Notes under the pieces: model-generated
Database searches by the model: none
Seen by the model: the letters and a program-made list of their open reading frames with translations, nothing else
What the model was told of the DNA's origin: nothing
Translations under genes and position numbers: made by a program
Assembly (NCBI RefSeq): GCF_009914755.1
Contig: NC_060930.1
Reading direction: 5' to 3' (one strand)
Length of the DNA: 64,000 nucleotides
Source of the DNA: the human T2T-CHM13v2.0 reference genome, Homo sapiens
In this document: positions 14,701 through 28,151 of the stretch, piece after piece
Numbering within the stretch: the first letter of the stretch is position 1
Layout of the letters: the number at the start of each line of letters is the position of its first letter

Positions 14701-15050
14701 TGTATTAGTCTGCTAGAACTGCCATAACACAATACCACAGATTGTGGAACTTAAACAACAGAAATTTATTTTCTTACAGGTGTGGAAGCTGAAAATCCAA
14801 GATCAAGGTCTCAGCAGATTTGGTTTCTTCAGAGGAGAGATCCTTGGCTTGTAGATAGCAATTTTTCTTTTGCTGTTTCCCCACATGACCTTCCTCTGAT
14901 GTCCCCTCTTCTTTTTTTAAGAACACTAGTGCTCTTTGGTTTGGGATTAGGACCCAACCTTATGACCTCAGTTAACATCCTTCAAGGACTTATTTTCAAA
15001 TACACTCACATTGGAGTTAGGGTTTTAAGATAGGAATTCAGTCCATGACA
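14701..15050 (-). mobile_element. MLT1A-type LTR
   Basis: tgtattagtctgctag...gccataaca...aaacaacagaaatttatt...tccaagatcaagg...attcagtccatgaca, with TG...CA termini. Confidence 0.85.
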
Positions 15051-16242
15051 GTCCTCAATAGCCACATGTGGCTACCATCACTGCATAAGACAGCACAGTC
15101 ATAGACAATTTGATATTGCTTGTGTCCATCTGTTAGACACTCACATTGGGTGAGAAAATTTCTCATTAGAATAAAAAGATATTTTGCAAGTTTTGCTGCT
15201 GGTAAAGGGAGCTCTGGATTTTCTTTGGTTTATCTTTTCATTATCTTCTTTCCCTATAATGTAAGGTACTGTAATTAGGTGTTGAGATGGCCCTATATTC
15301 TGCACTAAGGTGCCATTGTATGAACAGTTGAATCAAGTAAGTGAAATATGTCCCTACTCTTTAGCATTTTTAAATATCTAGTGAATCAATCACTTCTTAA
15401 AAAATAGACTAGACTCTATGGCATCATAAATCCCTAAATGTCATTCCAAGCCACCCAATTGGCATTCTCCTCATAACATAAACTCATCTTCATGTAAATA
15501 TACCATCTTGGGGAAAGACAAGATGAACTTCCTATATTCATTTTCTAATAAGGCAGTAGTCATATTTATCTGTGGAAGTGTGAAAAGATTCCATGTTCTC
15601 TGGGAAAACACAGTCTGTGAAGTGACCTTTGGTTTTCTGATTTTGAAAAAAAGAGTCAAAATTGTTAGAATTAACAATTTGAAATCCTCACTCCTTAAAG
15701 ATTGGGCAATTTTAGCCACCATAATCTACATTATAATGATGAACAAGTATATTGTCAAGGTATAAAATTTCTACATTTCAAGGATTTTGAATTTTGCTGT
15801 CAACTGCATCTGAAACACATTTGACCTTGTCGATGAAAAGCACATTAAAATGATGCATTTCTAACATTCTCCACTACTCCCTGTCCTCCATCATCAGAGT
15901 CCAGATAATTAACGGGAGAGCTTCCTTCTCTAAGTAAAAACTGAATGTGCCAGGGCAGAGCACCTACATGTGCTTAGTTTTGCCACCATCTAAATCTTAG
16001 CATTCAGGTTGGAACACACTCCTAAATGACTAATGCTGTTTCAACGTATTTAACTAGGGAAAGAAACCTGTTCTCTTTATCTGCTGGCACATAAATATAT
16101 GAGAAGTAGATAGTGTTCAATCATACAAAGAGCCTTACATTGTATTATTTATCAGAATGTCTGCATTCATTACAGATATTTCTAATATATGGTACATATT
16201 TAATACATCACAGTCTACACCTGTTTCCAGTGTCTTGTACTA

Positions 16243-17275
<1,033 letters not shown>

Positions 17276-19454
17276 CTACACTGCCCCATTTCACTGAACT
17301 TAAAATGAACTTTCCGTTACATGAACTATTCCAAGCCAGGTTGCCAGGATGCCCCTAAGGGGGAGACATTCCAAGAATCACTGGAGTGAATTGTGTCTTT
17401 TTTTTTTTTTCAGTATGTTTTTTAGTAAAGGCCCTCTATCTAAAAACAAAGACTGGAAAAGGGATGGGTGGTTGAGAGTAGGAGTGGAAACTGATCAAGA
17501 GAGGATTACCAAAGAGTAGGGGTGGGGGTAGTCTTTTACTGGGATTACAATGTCCATCCTTTGCAGATGACATTGAGAGATAGAGAGGGGATTCAGTAGG
17601 GTGGCTATTGTTTTCCTCAAGGCTTTTCATGACACCAAAATGGAGACGAGGCCTGAAGAAAAGGTATCACAATCTGAATCTAGACTTTTGAAACACAGTG
17701 CTCTAACAAGGATGTCAGTAGAAATATCTATGATCAAGACAGACAGACCACAGCTGAGTGTTGGAAAGGAGAGGTCATAGAAGAAAAGCAATACTTTTCA
17801 TCACTATTAGGATTGATATTAAGCCAACGAAGAGACTTGACCTACCAGAAAGAATGTGAGTTGCAGCAATAAACTATACTAAATAATTTTAAAGTACATT
17901 ATCAGTTCCAAAGTTGTTTCATACCTATTTGTCCTCATTTAATACAGCCTGGCTGTGAAAGAGAGCAGCGTGGTTAAGTGTCTGAGGTCCCAGAGCCAAT
18001 CAGTGGCAGTCAGTGAATACTCCATTGTCCTCCACTTGCTCAAAAGGAAATCAAAGGAGTGAAAGTCATCCTAGCAATTATCTAATGTCCCTATGATGCC
18101 TACAACCAGAACTAGCTTAGGAGGAAGGGGCATTATCACAGTTCACCAAAAGTGTCAGGGCCAAATTAGGAAAATATATCTTTTTAATGGAATGTTCTGT
18201 TGGGTCAGATCTGTAATAAAGCAGATATTGTGCAAATTTCTGGACACTATCCATAGGCATTACAGGCAGCAACGAGATAGTAGGAAACAAAGGAATAAGA
18301 CAAATATGAATGGGCCAGGAGTTTCAAAACAAAACTCTTCAAGGGTAAGTAAAAGACAGACGTGAGGTCTAAACAGCATGCACAGAGTGTGGAGATTCAG
18401 CAAGATTACATAATGAAGTCGAGAAAGTGTAAAGGCAAACACTAGCAGAGCCAAGTTGAAGAAAAAAGGACGATTGCACCAGAGATTAAGATAAATAAAA
18501 TAATAAGGCATTGTTCCAGTACATAAGGAAGAAAAGGTCAATGGAAAAATAAACGTGGCCTCTGAGAGGCTACTGGGGTAATTGACAGAAGAAACAGACA
18601 AAGCTCTTTTAGCAAAAAAAAAAAAAAAAAAAGTAACTGGAGGCCTTGGTTGCCTCAAAGCTCCCCAAGGCTAGTAGGAAGGAGAAGAGGCAGGAGCTTG
18701 GGGTCAGCAACAAAACAGATCCACAGGGGTTGGTTAGAAGGTAGGAGAGGAGCTATGTACCAAGGTGACCAGAACATGAATTATTGTGGATGAAGAAACA
18801 CCTCCACACCCCCACTTCACTGAGACCATGCACAGGATGTTAAGGCAAAATGAAACAGAAACCTTTGGAAATTAGAAGGGAGGGAGTTAAGTCGGAGCAG
18901 AATTCCAGGAAAGAAGAGGCGGTACCCCTGAATACATTGACAGGGTGGAATGGAAGGAGAGGCTAAGGGTAAATGTGGGGAGAGAGAAAGAGGGAGAGAA
19001 GGATGGAGAATGAGAGAGGGAGGAAAGAATTGAGAGAGAGAGAGAGAGAAAAGAGAGAAAGACATGAAGGGAGGGGAAGAAAGAAGAAACAATGAAATTA
19101 AAAAAAATTTAAAGACCAAAATGTTAGTTAAGCCATGAGGAAATACAAAATAGACATGTAAAAAAAGGACTGGACTACCGAGCTGTCCATTCCCTGAATC
19201 CTGAACCAGTGACTTGGGGCTGAGAGGACACAAGCATCTGAATTCTAGCTCCAGCCCTGGCTCTGTAGCTCCAGTGGCTGTGTGACCCTATACGGCAGTA
19301 GAAGGTAGAATCTGATGGCTTCTGGAGTCTCCTCCAGCAGAATTTTCTTTGGTAACATCTGTCCAAGGCTCGCAAAACGGGCCCTAGGGAAGCAAGAGTC
19401 TCCACTGATATTGTCACTCTTTAGTTGCCTCCTTAACAACTCTCCCTCTTTTCA

Positions 19455-19600
19455 AATAATAGCCAATATTTATAAAGGCATTCCTTGTCCACGTTGATCT
19501 CAGTGATATATATATTCACTTACTTCTCACAACAGCTGGACCAGCTAAGTGTATTATTTTTCTCATTTTACAGGTGAGAAAATTAAGTAACTTGTTCAAG
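19455..19600 (-). mobile_element. MIR SINE
   Basis: ctcacaac...tattatttttctcattttacaggtgagaaaatt...aagtaacttgttcaag. Confidence 0.65.
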
Positions 19601-19649
19601 TAGAATTGATGCCCAAGAAGATGCCCAAGTAGGGTTGGTGCCTAGGCCC

Positions 19650-20120
19650 TATGGTTGCGGCTCAATTCGTGCAACCTCAGTTACCAGGGGGTCCCGGGGC
19701 CAGCGCGGAATTCGCGGAATTCACCAAGCCGCAGCTGCCTGCCGCTGAATGCGAAGAGGGCGCAGGAGACTGGCAGGTACAGCTGGTGGTCCCTTCGGCC
19801 TGATTTCCCTGCTGAGTGCCACAGCGTCCGAGATCCACGACTGGCCAGGTGGAGCCACCGACTCTGAAGAGAACCAGAGGCGGACCAGCCAGGGGAGAGG
19901 GCAACCCTGGGAGCACTGCACCCTTGTCGGTCCCCTGGAAAGCTAGCGGTAAGATCCGGGAGGCTGAATTTGAGGCCGCGGTAGTCCAGGCGACTTCCCC
20001 TGGAAGGTGTGACGATGACTTGTACTGCAAAAGAAGCCTAGACCAGGCCTCCGTCTGGGTGTTTTCTTTTAGGCGTTTGGAGAGGGATGGAGATGGTGGG
20101 TGGGGGCGAGGGGGAGGGGT
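19650..20120. promoter_or_regulatory. Upstream CpG-rich island A
   Basis: High GC and CpG density against an AT-rich background. G-run cluster at 20098-20119. Confidence 0.65.
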
Positions 20121-20319
20121 AAAAAGAGGAAATTAAAATCCTGGAAAAGTTTAGACGCAACAGTAAAGACCAGAAGATGGAGGGGGACAAAGTAAAACTT
20201 CCGGATTTGGGGCCAGAGCCCCTGTGACCCAGGGATCACTCACACCTCCTTGAGTCTCACTTTCCCCATCTCACAGACCTGCTGAGGGGGAGTGGGGCTT
20301 GGGATGAGCTGCCGCCAAA

Positions 20320-20475
20320 CACTTCCGTTTCCTCATCTTTTGCAAAGGGAATGCATTTGCACTAATACCTACCATCCAAGGGTTGAAAGAATGAAATGAT
20401 ACAATCCTTATGAAGGGCTCGAAACGGGGCCTGGCACGTATGATAAGAGCTCAATAAATGTTAGTTGCTGCTACT
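20320..20475 (+). mobile_element. MIR SINE
   Basis: gtttcctcatct...taatacctacc...gcctggcacgta...gctcaataaatgttag. Confidence 0.75.
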
Positions 20476-20759
20476 TTGCTGTTATTTTTTCGTTTATACA
20501 AAGAGGATAATAATTATATATGTCCTGAATGGCAGAAAAGGGGAGTGTTCTCAGGATCAAATGAATCAATACTTTTTAAAGCGTTGGTAAACTAAGTCTC
20601 CATATGCAATCAGAAGGCTGGCAGACGGACTTGCAAAGCCCCTTACATTGCTACAAGGTTAAACAACTGAAAGAAGAAAAAGAGGACAAAGTGCAGCCTC
20701 TTTCGGAACTCAAACATTTCTTGGCCGAAAGAGGCAATTTTCCCATGGGAGAAAGGCCT

Positions 20760-21230
20760 TAGCCAGAAGAACTGGCTTCCTGCCTGAAGGCGTGCAACCA
20801 GCCAGGAGGCCTCCAGGGCATCGTGCCCTCCCGGTCTCCGGTTCTGCTGCCTGGGAGTGAACGTCCCCTGACGCGGTAGGGCTGGCGAGGCAGGCTCTGC
20901 ATGCGCCAGAGCTTCGCGCAGAGGGCGGGTGAGTTTGCGCCCTGCCTGAGCACAGCTTGGCAGCTGTTGCAGAAGGGCAGGGAGCCTGCCGTCTCAGATG
21001 AGGGCCTCGGCTCCAAGTTCCATTGTTATCAAACAGAAGACTTCAGAAGAGGGAGTTCTCCCACTTAATTTTCCACTAATACGTTCGCGAGGCTTTTTAA
21101 TTGCTTGCAAATGCATTTTCTCTGTACGACTATGGAATCCGTGTTGCCTGTCGGCTGCAAGGCTAAGGCGGAATACAGATCCGTGTTAGGCTTTTGACAA
21201 ACAGCCCAGGGGGCGGGGTAGGGTCGTGAA
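20760..21230. promoter_or_regulatory. Upstream CpG-rich island B
   Basis: Dense CpGs, GC box GGGGCGGGG near 21210, NRF1-like TGCATGCGC near 20900, AP-2-like GCCN4GGC at 20782 and 20801. Confidence 0.65.
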
Positions 21231-21242
21231 GGAGGAGGTTTT

Positions 21243-21440
21243 GAAAAAAAAAAAAAAAGAAGAAGAAAAAGAAGAAGAAGGAGAAGAAGAAGAAGAAGAA
21301 GAAGAAGAAGAAGAAGAAGAAGAAGAAGAAGAAGAAGAAGAAGAAGAGAGAAGACGAAGAAGAAGAAGAAGAAGAAGAAGAAGAAGAAGAAGAAGAAGAG
21401 GAGGAAGAGGAAGAAGAAGAAGAAGAGAAAGAAAAAGGAG
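21243..21440 (+). repeat. A15 plus (GAA)n polypurine tract, including pure (GAA)21 at 21283-21345 and (GAA)14 at 21356-21397
   Basis: Read directly. Only one pyrimidine (C21355) in about 198 nt. Confidence 0.98.
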
Positions 21441-21545
21441 TTTAAAAAAATCAATGACAACCCTTAAACTAAAATGACTGCAGAGTCTGTCAGAAATGTT
21501 AATTTCCCCTAAACATCCTAAAGTTATTTTTAAAAATGGCCTGCC

Positions 21546-21849
<304 letters not shown>

Positions 21850-24800
21850 TTAGGTAACGTTTTACGCAACGTGGCACTTCTGTCATAGAAAGTAGGATGG
21901 GTGTAGAATACCGAGAAGTAGAAGAGTTGTCAAATTTGATTACTTGATCATTTATTAAGAATTATCAGATTTGATAACTGGAAAAGGGAGGGACCTTTCG
22001 AAAGAGACCCAGAGTCGGCATCAGCACAGGCCAGAAGGAAAGGAAGCAATCACTGGGAGGGGAAACCTCGCGCGTCTGCACATGAATGCCCGTTACCATG
22101 CCTTTTCTCTCCGAATATTCCGATCCATACAACTGGATCAAGTTTTCGATTGCTGTCTCTGCCCAGAATTGCCCTGGTGTTTGGAGCACTTTTCTGTCTT
22201 CATCTCGACTAGTGAAGAATAAATGAATAAACTAGGGGTTGGTTTACGGCATGGTGAACCCAGCATACTCTTCTTTTCCACCACCTGAAGTATTGCCCCC
22301 ACCCACTCACCAGAGCTCTTGGGCATTCCCCAAGAGCAGTGACTGAGTGACTAGGAGAGGTTAGGAGCTTGGAAGAATCACACCACAGGAGGTCCTTGGA
22401 CTAGAAGACGTTTCTGAACCATTAGAATCCGAAGTGACTGTGAAACTTAGACCCTGCTGTAAAAGGGCCCTGAAGGTTCCCTCTGTGGTTGTCTCTAGAA
22501 GACCCCAGGCTGAGTGCCTCTCGGAAGCCTACCAAGTGGAGGCACTGAGACGGTTGGGGATTCTCAAAATGGTGGAAGGGGGCCCGAGGGCAGATGGAAT
22601 AAAACACCACTAGATAAGTCGCAGGAGTCCTTTGGTTACTATGGATTCTCTGAAGGCACCTCTGCTCTTCATGTTCATCCAAAAAAGGAGTGAAAGGGCA
22701 GAAGCTGGAAGCAGTAAGGAGAGGTGCTGATTTTCATACCTACATATCTTGTTTTGCTTTGTGGAATGAACATCATTCACCTATATGGGATCCTTAGTGC
22801 CCCACTGTTCTTTCAAAGACAGGGTCTTTGTGACCATGGAAATTGTTTCCTATTGTGTAAATTCATGTCTGGTTATACAGCTGCACCTCCCACTGGAGCA
22901 GAACATGCTAAATTTCATTCTTAGACAATGTACACACATGTTTGCCTAAAAGGCATAAGTATAAGAGATTCAATCCCATCTCTATCTATCTTTTGTTAAA
23001 AAGGAAGGAAAGGAGGGAAGCAAGGAGGGAGGGAATAAAAGAAAAAAAACAGGGAAAGAAAAAGAGAAGAAATGAAGGAAGAAGAAAGAGAGAAAGAAAA
23101 AAAAGGGGAGGGAGGGCAAAAGGGAGAGAGCAAAGAAGATATTCTGGTTGATTCATGTGTCTAAATACATCCAAGAAAATATTTTTGTTTCAAAATGCCC
23201 AAAATAATTCCAATAATTATTCCACTTTGCTCAGTATTATATAGGCAATTTTGTGGGAGAAGTGTATTCAAGCAATAAAAAAACAAAATCAATTTGCAAT
23301 AGCAAAGGAAACCCTAAGTACCAAAAGAAAGAGAAAAAAAGAAAGAAACCTGAAGAAATACATGTTTATTAAAGCTAGGGATAGGCATGAGTTCGTTTGT
23401 AATTGTTCACCAACCTCAAACACACAGTGGAGTGGCAAACTCTTTCAGTGAAGATGTTTGAGATTGGGTGAAAACTGTAAAGATGTTTGAGATTGGATGT
23501 TGAGATTGGAGTGATTTGTATAACGCTGGCCTAGAAGCCCAGGAAGGAATTTGCAACTACCCCAAAACTCTTCCAGCTCTGGATTCTAACCAAGACAATA
23601 ATGATATATATATATATATATATAAAGATTTCTTTGCAGATTCCTAAAGTGACTGCCATAAGACATTCCTTCCTGGCATGTGGAGCATGGAACCAGAAGG
23701 AAGAACAGGAGAACTAAGTGCTGAGGAACAACCTTTTCAGCTTTTGGGGTGCAAGGCCAGCAGCGTGTCCACCATGCTCTTGCCGGCTATTTTGAGTGAC
23801 TGACGCCGGCCTGGCCTCTGACTGAGGCTGGAATGCACACCACGGGTTCCCTGTTGGAGGGGGCCCCAGGCAATAGTCACCAGAGTGCTGTGGCCAGTTA
23901 ATTCAATTATGCCACCCGCTGGAAAATGAGTGACCAATCACTCTCTGGAAAAGAAGTAAAACAGAGAAAGAGGAATCAACTTTGCTAAAAAGCCCAGTCT
24001 TTGGGTCAAGTCAGACGACACTTATTAATTGCTCAAGACTATTAATTGGATGGGGGGGTGTCTGACAGAAATGAACGCTACACACACACACATCACATCA
24101 CACACACACACACACACACAGGCACCAAACACACCACACACCTGCCTCAATGAGTTTCTTTAGAAAAGGGGCGCGCTGAGCAACCCCAGAGCAGATGGAA
24201 GGGAGCGCTGACCAATATGTGCATATGGCATGGATGATTTCCTCAACTTTGTTTCTTTCAGGGGAAAACAGCTTTTTTATTTTTTTAAGTTGGAATGAAG
24301 TGGGAGGGAGCAGTTGGCCAAATGAAGTTTCCCTGCAGTTCAGATGCTGGTGTGGGAAGCCAAGACATAGGGTTAAGAGGGATGCTTTCTAAGGTAGTCA
24401 AGGTCCCTGGCAAGGGAAATCTCAAAACTAAAAGAGAGCCATTTTATCCTTCCTGCTTCATTTTCCTTAAGTACAAATGAAAGGGTCTTTTCTCACTCTT
24501 CAGGATCTTTAGTTTCCCCTCATGTCCACAAGAGTTCAACAAGCATGTAAGTTAAACCCTGGACACTCTTTGTTTGGATACCTAAAAGTCACTCAGGAAA
24601 GTGAACCATGAAAGTGGGGTTAGGGGGTGGAATGCGATGATTGCCAGTTAGTTGGTGATGTCCTGATGTTCACAGGGTCCAGGCTACTGGAGGTCATTCC
24701 ATGGGGTGTACTCAGTTCAAGGCCAGAGCTCATTACCGAGAGTATCATAAAGCTATATCTTCTGAGTGCGGTGGCAGGGGTGAGGGGGGCTATGTGTGGC

Positions 24801-26399
24801 TCTTATTCCAGACAGGGACAAACATGTGGAACAAACACTCTGGGCCAGCAGGCAGAGCAGGCGGCCACATCTTCCTGAGCTTCCTCATTGTTGTTCCCCG
24901 GGGAGAGGGTTTTGTGTCTGCTGCCTGGACCTAAACTGGGAAGAGAAGGTACCGTCACCTTCAATGAAGGTGTATCTGACAGTAGGGGTGTTGGAAAGGA
25001 GATTGCAACATGTCTGAGAAGGGCTATCCTCTTCCATTTGACCGGGACTAACTGGGAAGCCAATATCATCCACCAGGAAAAGCGCACCTGGGCATTCCCC
25101 AAGATAACCTGCAAGTCCTACATATTCTTCCAGGGAATGGTCTGCACTTTCCCAGGGGCAGGGGTGCCTGAGTTAAGGTCGTGGGGGCAGTCTCCATCTC
25201 CCAGAGATGATTAGTTATTTTCTCCATGGGTAAGCTATGGAGGCCCCACTCAGACCTGGTAAACAAAGACTCCACTGCAAACATTTTTGGGATTCAACCC
25301 CTAGAGCCAACAGCACTCATTTTACCCCTTTTACTTAAAGATTAAGTTGGATATTCTTCCTTTTTGTCATCATTGGTCTCTCAGTCTCCTTACTTCATTA
25401 GGCCAAAATATGGAATTTCAAGGAGGGGTGGGAGGGGGGCAGCACTGGCACACCTTGAAATAGGGAACAAGTGTTGGCTGCTGACCCCATGTGGGGCTGA
25501 AGAATCGTGTATCTCCATTTCAGACAATGCATTTCAATTCTTGTCGTGTGCCTTTGTCCATTTGTATAAAGCAAAGAGCTCTGAGTGACAGCCCCAGTTA
25601 GCCTGCATGAGCAGATCCTAATAAACCCTCCCAAACCCCAACCTAAAAAAAAAAAAAAGCCACATGCCTGTTTGCCTGAGGCTTATTATTAAGACACCTT
25701 CTCAGCTTAAACACTTAAAAGCAAACCAAATGAAATGGCAATTAAGACTGAATTACCCCTTCTATCTATGAGATGAGTCTGTGGGGCCAGCCAGTTCTTT
25801 CTTATAATGTAGACACTGAGGAGCAAAGCCTCAGTATTTCAGGTTTATAGCTACCACCACCCCCTCCAGGCACTAAACAACTTGGTGGAGGAAGCTGAAT
25901 TTTGAAGGAAGGAAAGCTCAAAAACTGTTTGAAAGTCAAGAAATCCACTGAAGAGATGGAAATATGTGTGCACTGCTTCCTTCCTGCCCTCTATTTATAA
26001 AATATAACTTCCAAGCATTTAAGGGTTATTTTGGGGGTAATAGTGTTCAAAAACCTAATGCTACTGCTGAACGGTCTACACCCCACCACCACCAGCAGTG
26101 TTTCCAAAAGGGAAGAAGAAAAACACAAAAGAGGGGGGATATGGTTTGGTTTGGGGAGTGAAAGACAACAGTTTACCTAAATGTAGAATCTTGTCTTACA
26201 TCTTTATTCCCTTGCATTTTTCCTAAATGCATTGCCAGTTACACCATTTCCTGATGATGGAAACTTGGGACTGTCCATCACCATTATTTATTTTTAAAGC
26301 TGCTGAAAAGTGTAAGCCACCGCTTGATTTTGCCTTTCAAAAAAGGGGAAAGAACCCAAATTCAATGTAAATATGGAAAGACCAGCATTGTTTCCACTT

Positions 26400-26560
26400 G
26401 GGCGAAGGCAGACACCCCAATCTGGGCAAAATTGATTCGGGTGGTTGTTGGAAAAAGCAGCTTTCAGCATCCAGGGAGTGGAACCAATAGGAATGAACAC
26501 TTCCCCATATAAAAGGAAGCTTTAATTAATATATATTTCTATCTCTAATATACATATATT
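26400..26560 (+). promoter_or_regulatory. Putative TFAP2D core promoter (two CCAAT boxes and a TATA box)
   Basis: CCAAT at 26417-26421 and 26484-26488, TATAAAAG at 26508-26515. This predicts a TSS near 26535-26560, about 0.55 kb before the ATG. Confidence 0.6.
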
Positions 26561-27091
26561 GGAGCTAGAGCTCTAGCTTCACAATAAAATGTGTGCAAAT
26601 ACTCTCCACAGAGATAAGTCCCCACCTCAGTCGGTATAGAAAAGCATGATAAAGGTTGGAAAAAATGGATAAAAATGTTGAAAGAACCTCCAGTTCCTTA
26701 TTAGGCGAAGATACAATATTTATTCCTTGTCTCCTGGGATAAATCTCTTCTGCCTATTGTCCTCCCAGTTCTCAGTGCTGATGCTTAATTTTCAAAACTT
26801 CTATATTACCAAGGGACCTACGACATCAGCCAAAGAAATACTCAGCAAGTACAAAATCTGTTCCAGGGAGCTGCTTTTGTGCAGAGGGAAAATTTTGTTC
26901 CTACAGGTTTTTAAGTGGGTACGAGGCAAGGAGCTATCTGATCCGGGCAAAACCATTACAATTTAGATATCTACCTATAGAACATTTTTTTTTCCTTTAA
27001 AAATTGGAAAATACAAGAAGTTTGGATTTTTTTTTCCCGATTCTTTTTTTGGAGGGGGAAATTGCATCGTAAGCTTTCGGAGAAACCCAAC
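26540..27091 (+). other. TFAP2D: Probable TFAP2D 5' UTR (non-coding part of exon 1) with five upstream AUGs
   Basis: Lies between the TATA box and the ATG. uAUGs at 26589, 26646, 26665, 26675 and 26781. The 5' boundary is inferred. Confidence 0.6.
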
Positions 27092-27130
27092 ATGTCAACT
27101 ACCTTTCCGGGACTAGTCCACGATGCCGAG
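27092..27130 (+). CDS. TFAP2D: TFAP2D coding exon 1 (MSTTFPGLVHDAE, 39 nt)
   Basis: ATG at 27092 in context cccaacATGt. The translation matches the AP-2 delta N-terminus as I recall it. Donor GAG|gtatta at 27131, phase 0, joins in frame to exon 2. Confidence 0.96.
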
Positions 27131-27140
27131 GTATTATTAC

Positions 27141-27215
27141 TTTTTTTTTTTTTTTTTTTTGAGCGCGCGTGTGTGTGGCGGCGGCGGCGGTGGCGGCGGT
27201 GGCGGCGGCGGTGGC
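27141..27215 (+). repeat. T20, then (GC)n(GT)n, then an interrupted (GGC)n repeat at the start of intron 1
   Basis: Read directly. Confidence 0.95.
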
Positions 27216-27839
27216 AGCCTCCCCTGTCTCTAATCTATATTGGACCGTTACGTTTAATTATAATCTGTCTTTCGGGGGAAGTTAAGGAAGGAAAGGGGAG
27301 AAAGTTCGTTATGACATCTGTCGCCAGGGAGGGCAACTCTCTGCCACGTTAAGAAACATTTGCCATAATGAGCGGGAAAACATAATCTTAATAATAAAAG
27401 GGGGGAGTGAAGAGAAAGAGATAGAGACGGAAAGAAAGATTCTCAGAAAAGCAAAGAAAAGGGACTGGTGGGGAAGCAGTAGATGCACAAGGGGGATGGG
27501 GAAAACGCACCCCTTTTGGAATGGGCTTATTCAAGGAAAGGGAAGCAGAAAAGAGGGAGTCGGATTCCCTCCCTCGAATGACTAAGGAAGGGAGCAAGTT
27601 GAACGATTTGCACAGACTGGATTTTTTAAAATATATGGACAATGATTTTGAGCAGCCCGGGCCGAACATCTCGGCATAGACAGGCGCAGAATTTCGATGC
27701 TGGGGTCTAGTTAGAGTGGCAAGGCGCCCCGGGCCAGCGCTCTTTTCGGGTGGACTCGTTCCTCTGCTACCCGCGGCCCCGGAGTCAGTTGCAAACCTGG
27801 ATCCCAACGCCAAGCTCCCTGCACAAGTTGGGCAGGGGC

Positions 27840-27888
27840 TGTGTGTGTGTCTGTGTGTGTGTGTCTGTGCGTGTGTGTGCGTGTGTGG
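27840..27888 (+). repeat. Imperfect (TG)n microsatellite
   Basis: Read directly. Confidence 0.9.
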
Positions 27889-28151
27889 TGTCACCCGCAC
27901 CTATATAGGGTGGGGGATTTTTTTTCCGCTCTCTCGACTGTGAGGACGAGGCCGCCCACCCCCAGTTCGCCTGTTTGCAAAGGCTCTCTGGTGAAGACGC
28001 TGAGACCCGGCTTCGGCTCGGCCCGAGTCCTACGCGCTCGCTTTCCTTGGAGTGCCAGAGAAAGCTCCTGGCTCCGGGAGAGCGGCGCCTTGGTTGCAAA
28101 ATGACAAACCTCAAGTTTTTCTGCTCTCCCTTTTCCCCCTCTTCCTTCCAG

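Noticed and set aside
19178-19198. Third RE1-like sequence (GAGCTGTCC...CTGAA)
   Set aside because: The left half is poor and the spacing is one base short.
19838-19858. CTCF-like GGCCAGGTGGAGC
   Set aside because: Several core mismatches. Cannot be supported without matrix scoring or ChIP data.
21065-21477. ORFs of 131 aa (minus) and 83 aa (plus) with poly-L/F and poly-E/R runs
   Set aside because: They are translations of the (GAA)n tract, with no coding features.
27141-27163. T20-GAG as a splice acceptor for exon 1
   Set aside because: It would define a 33-nt intron, below the usual spliceosomal minimum.
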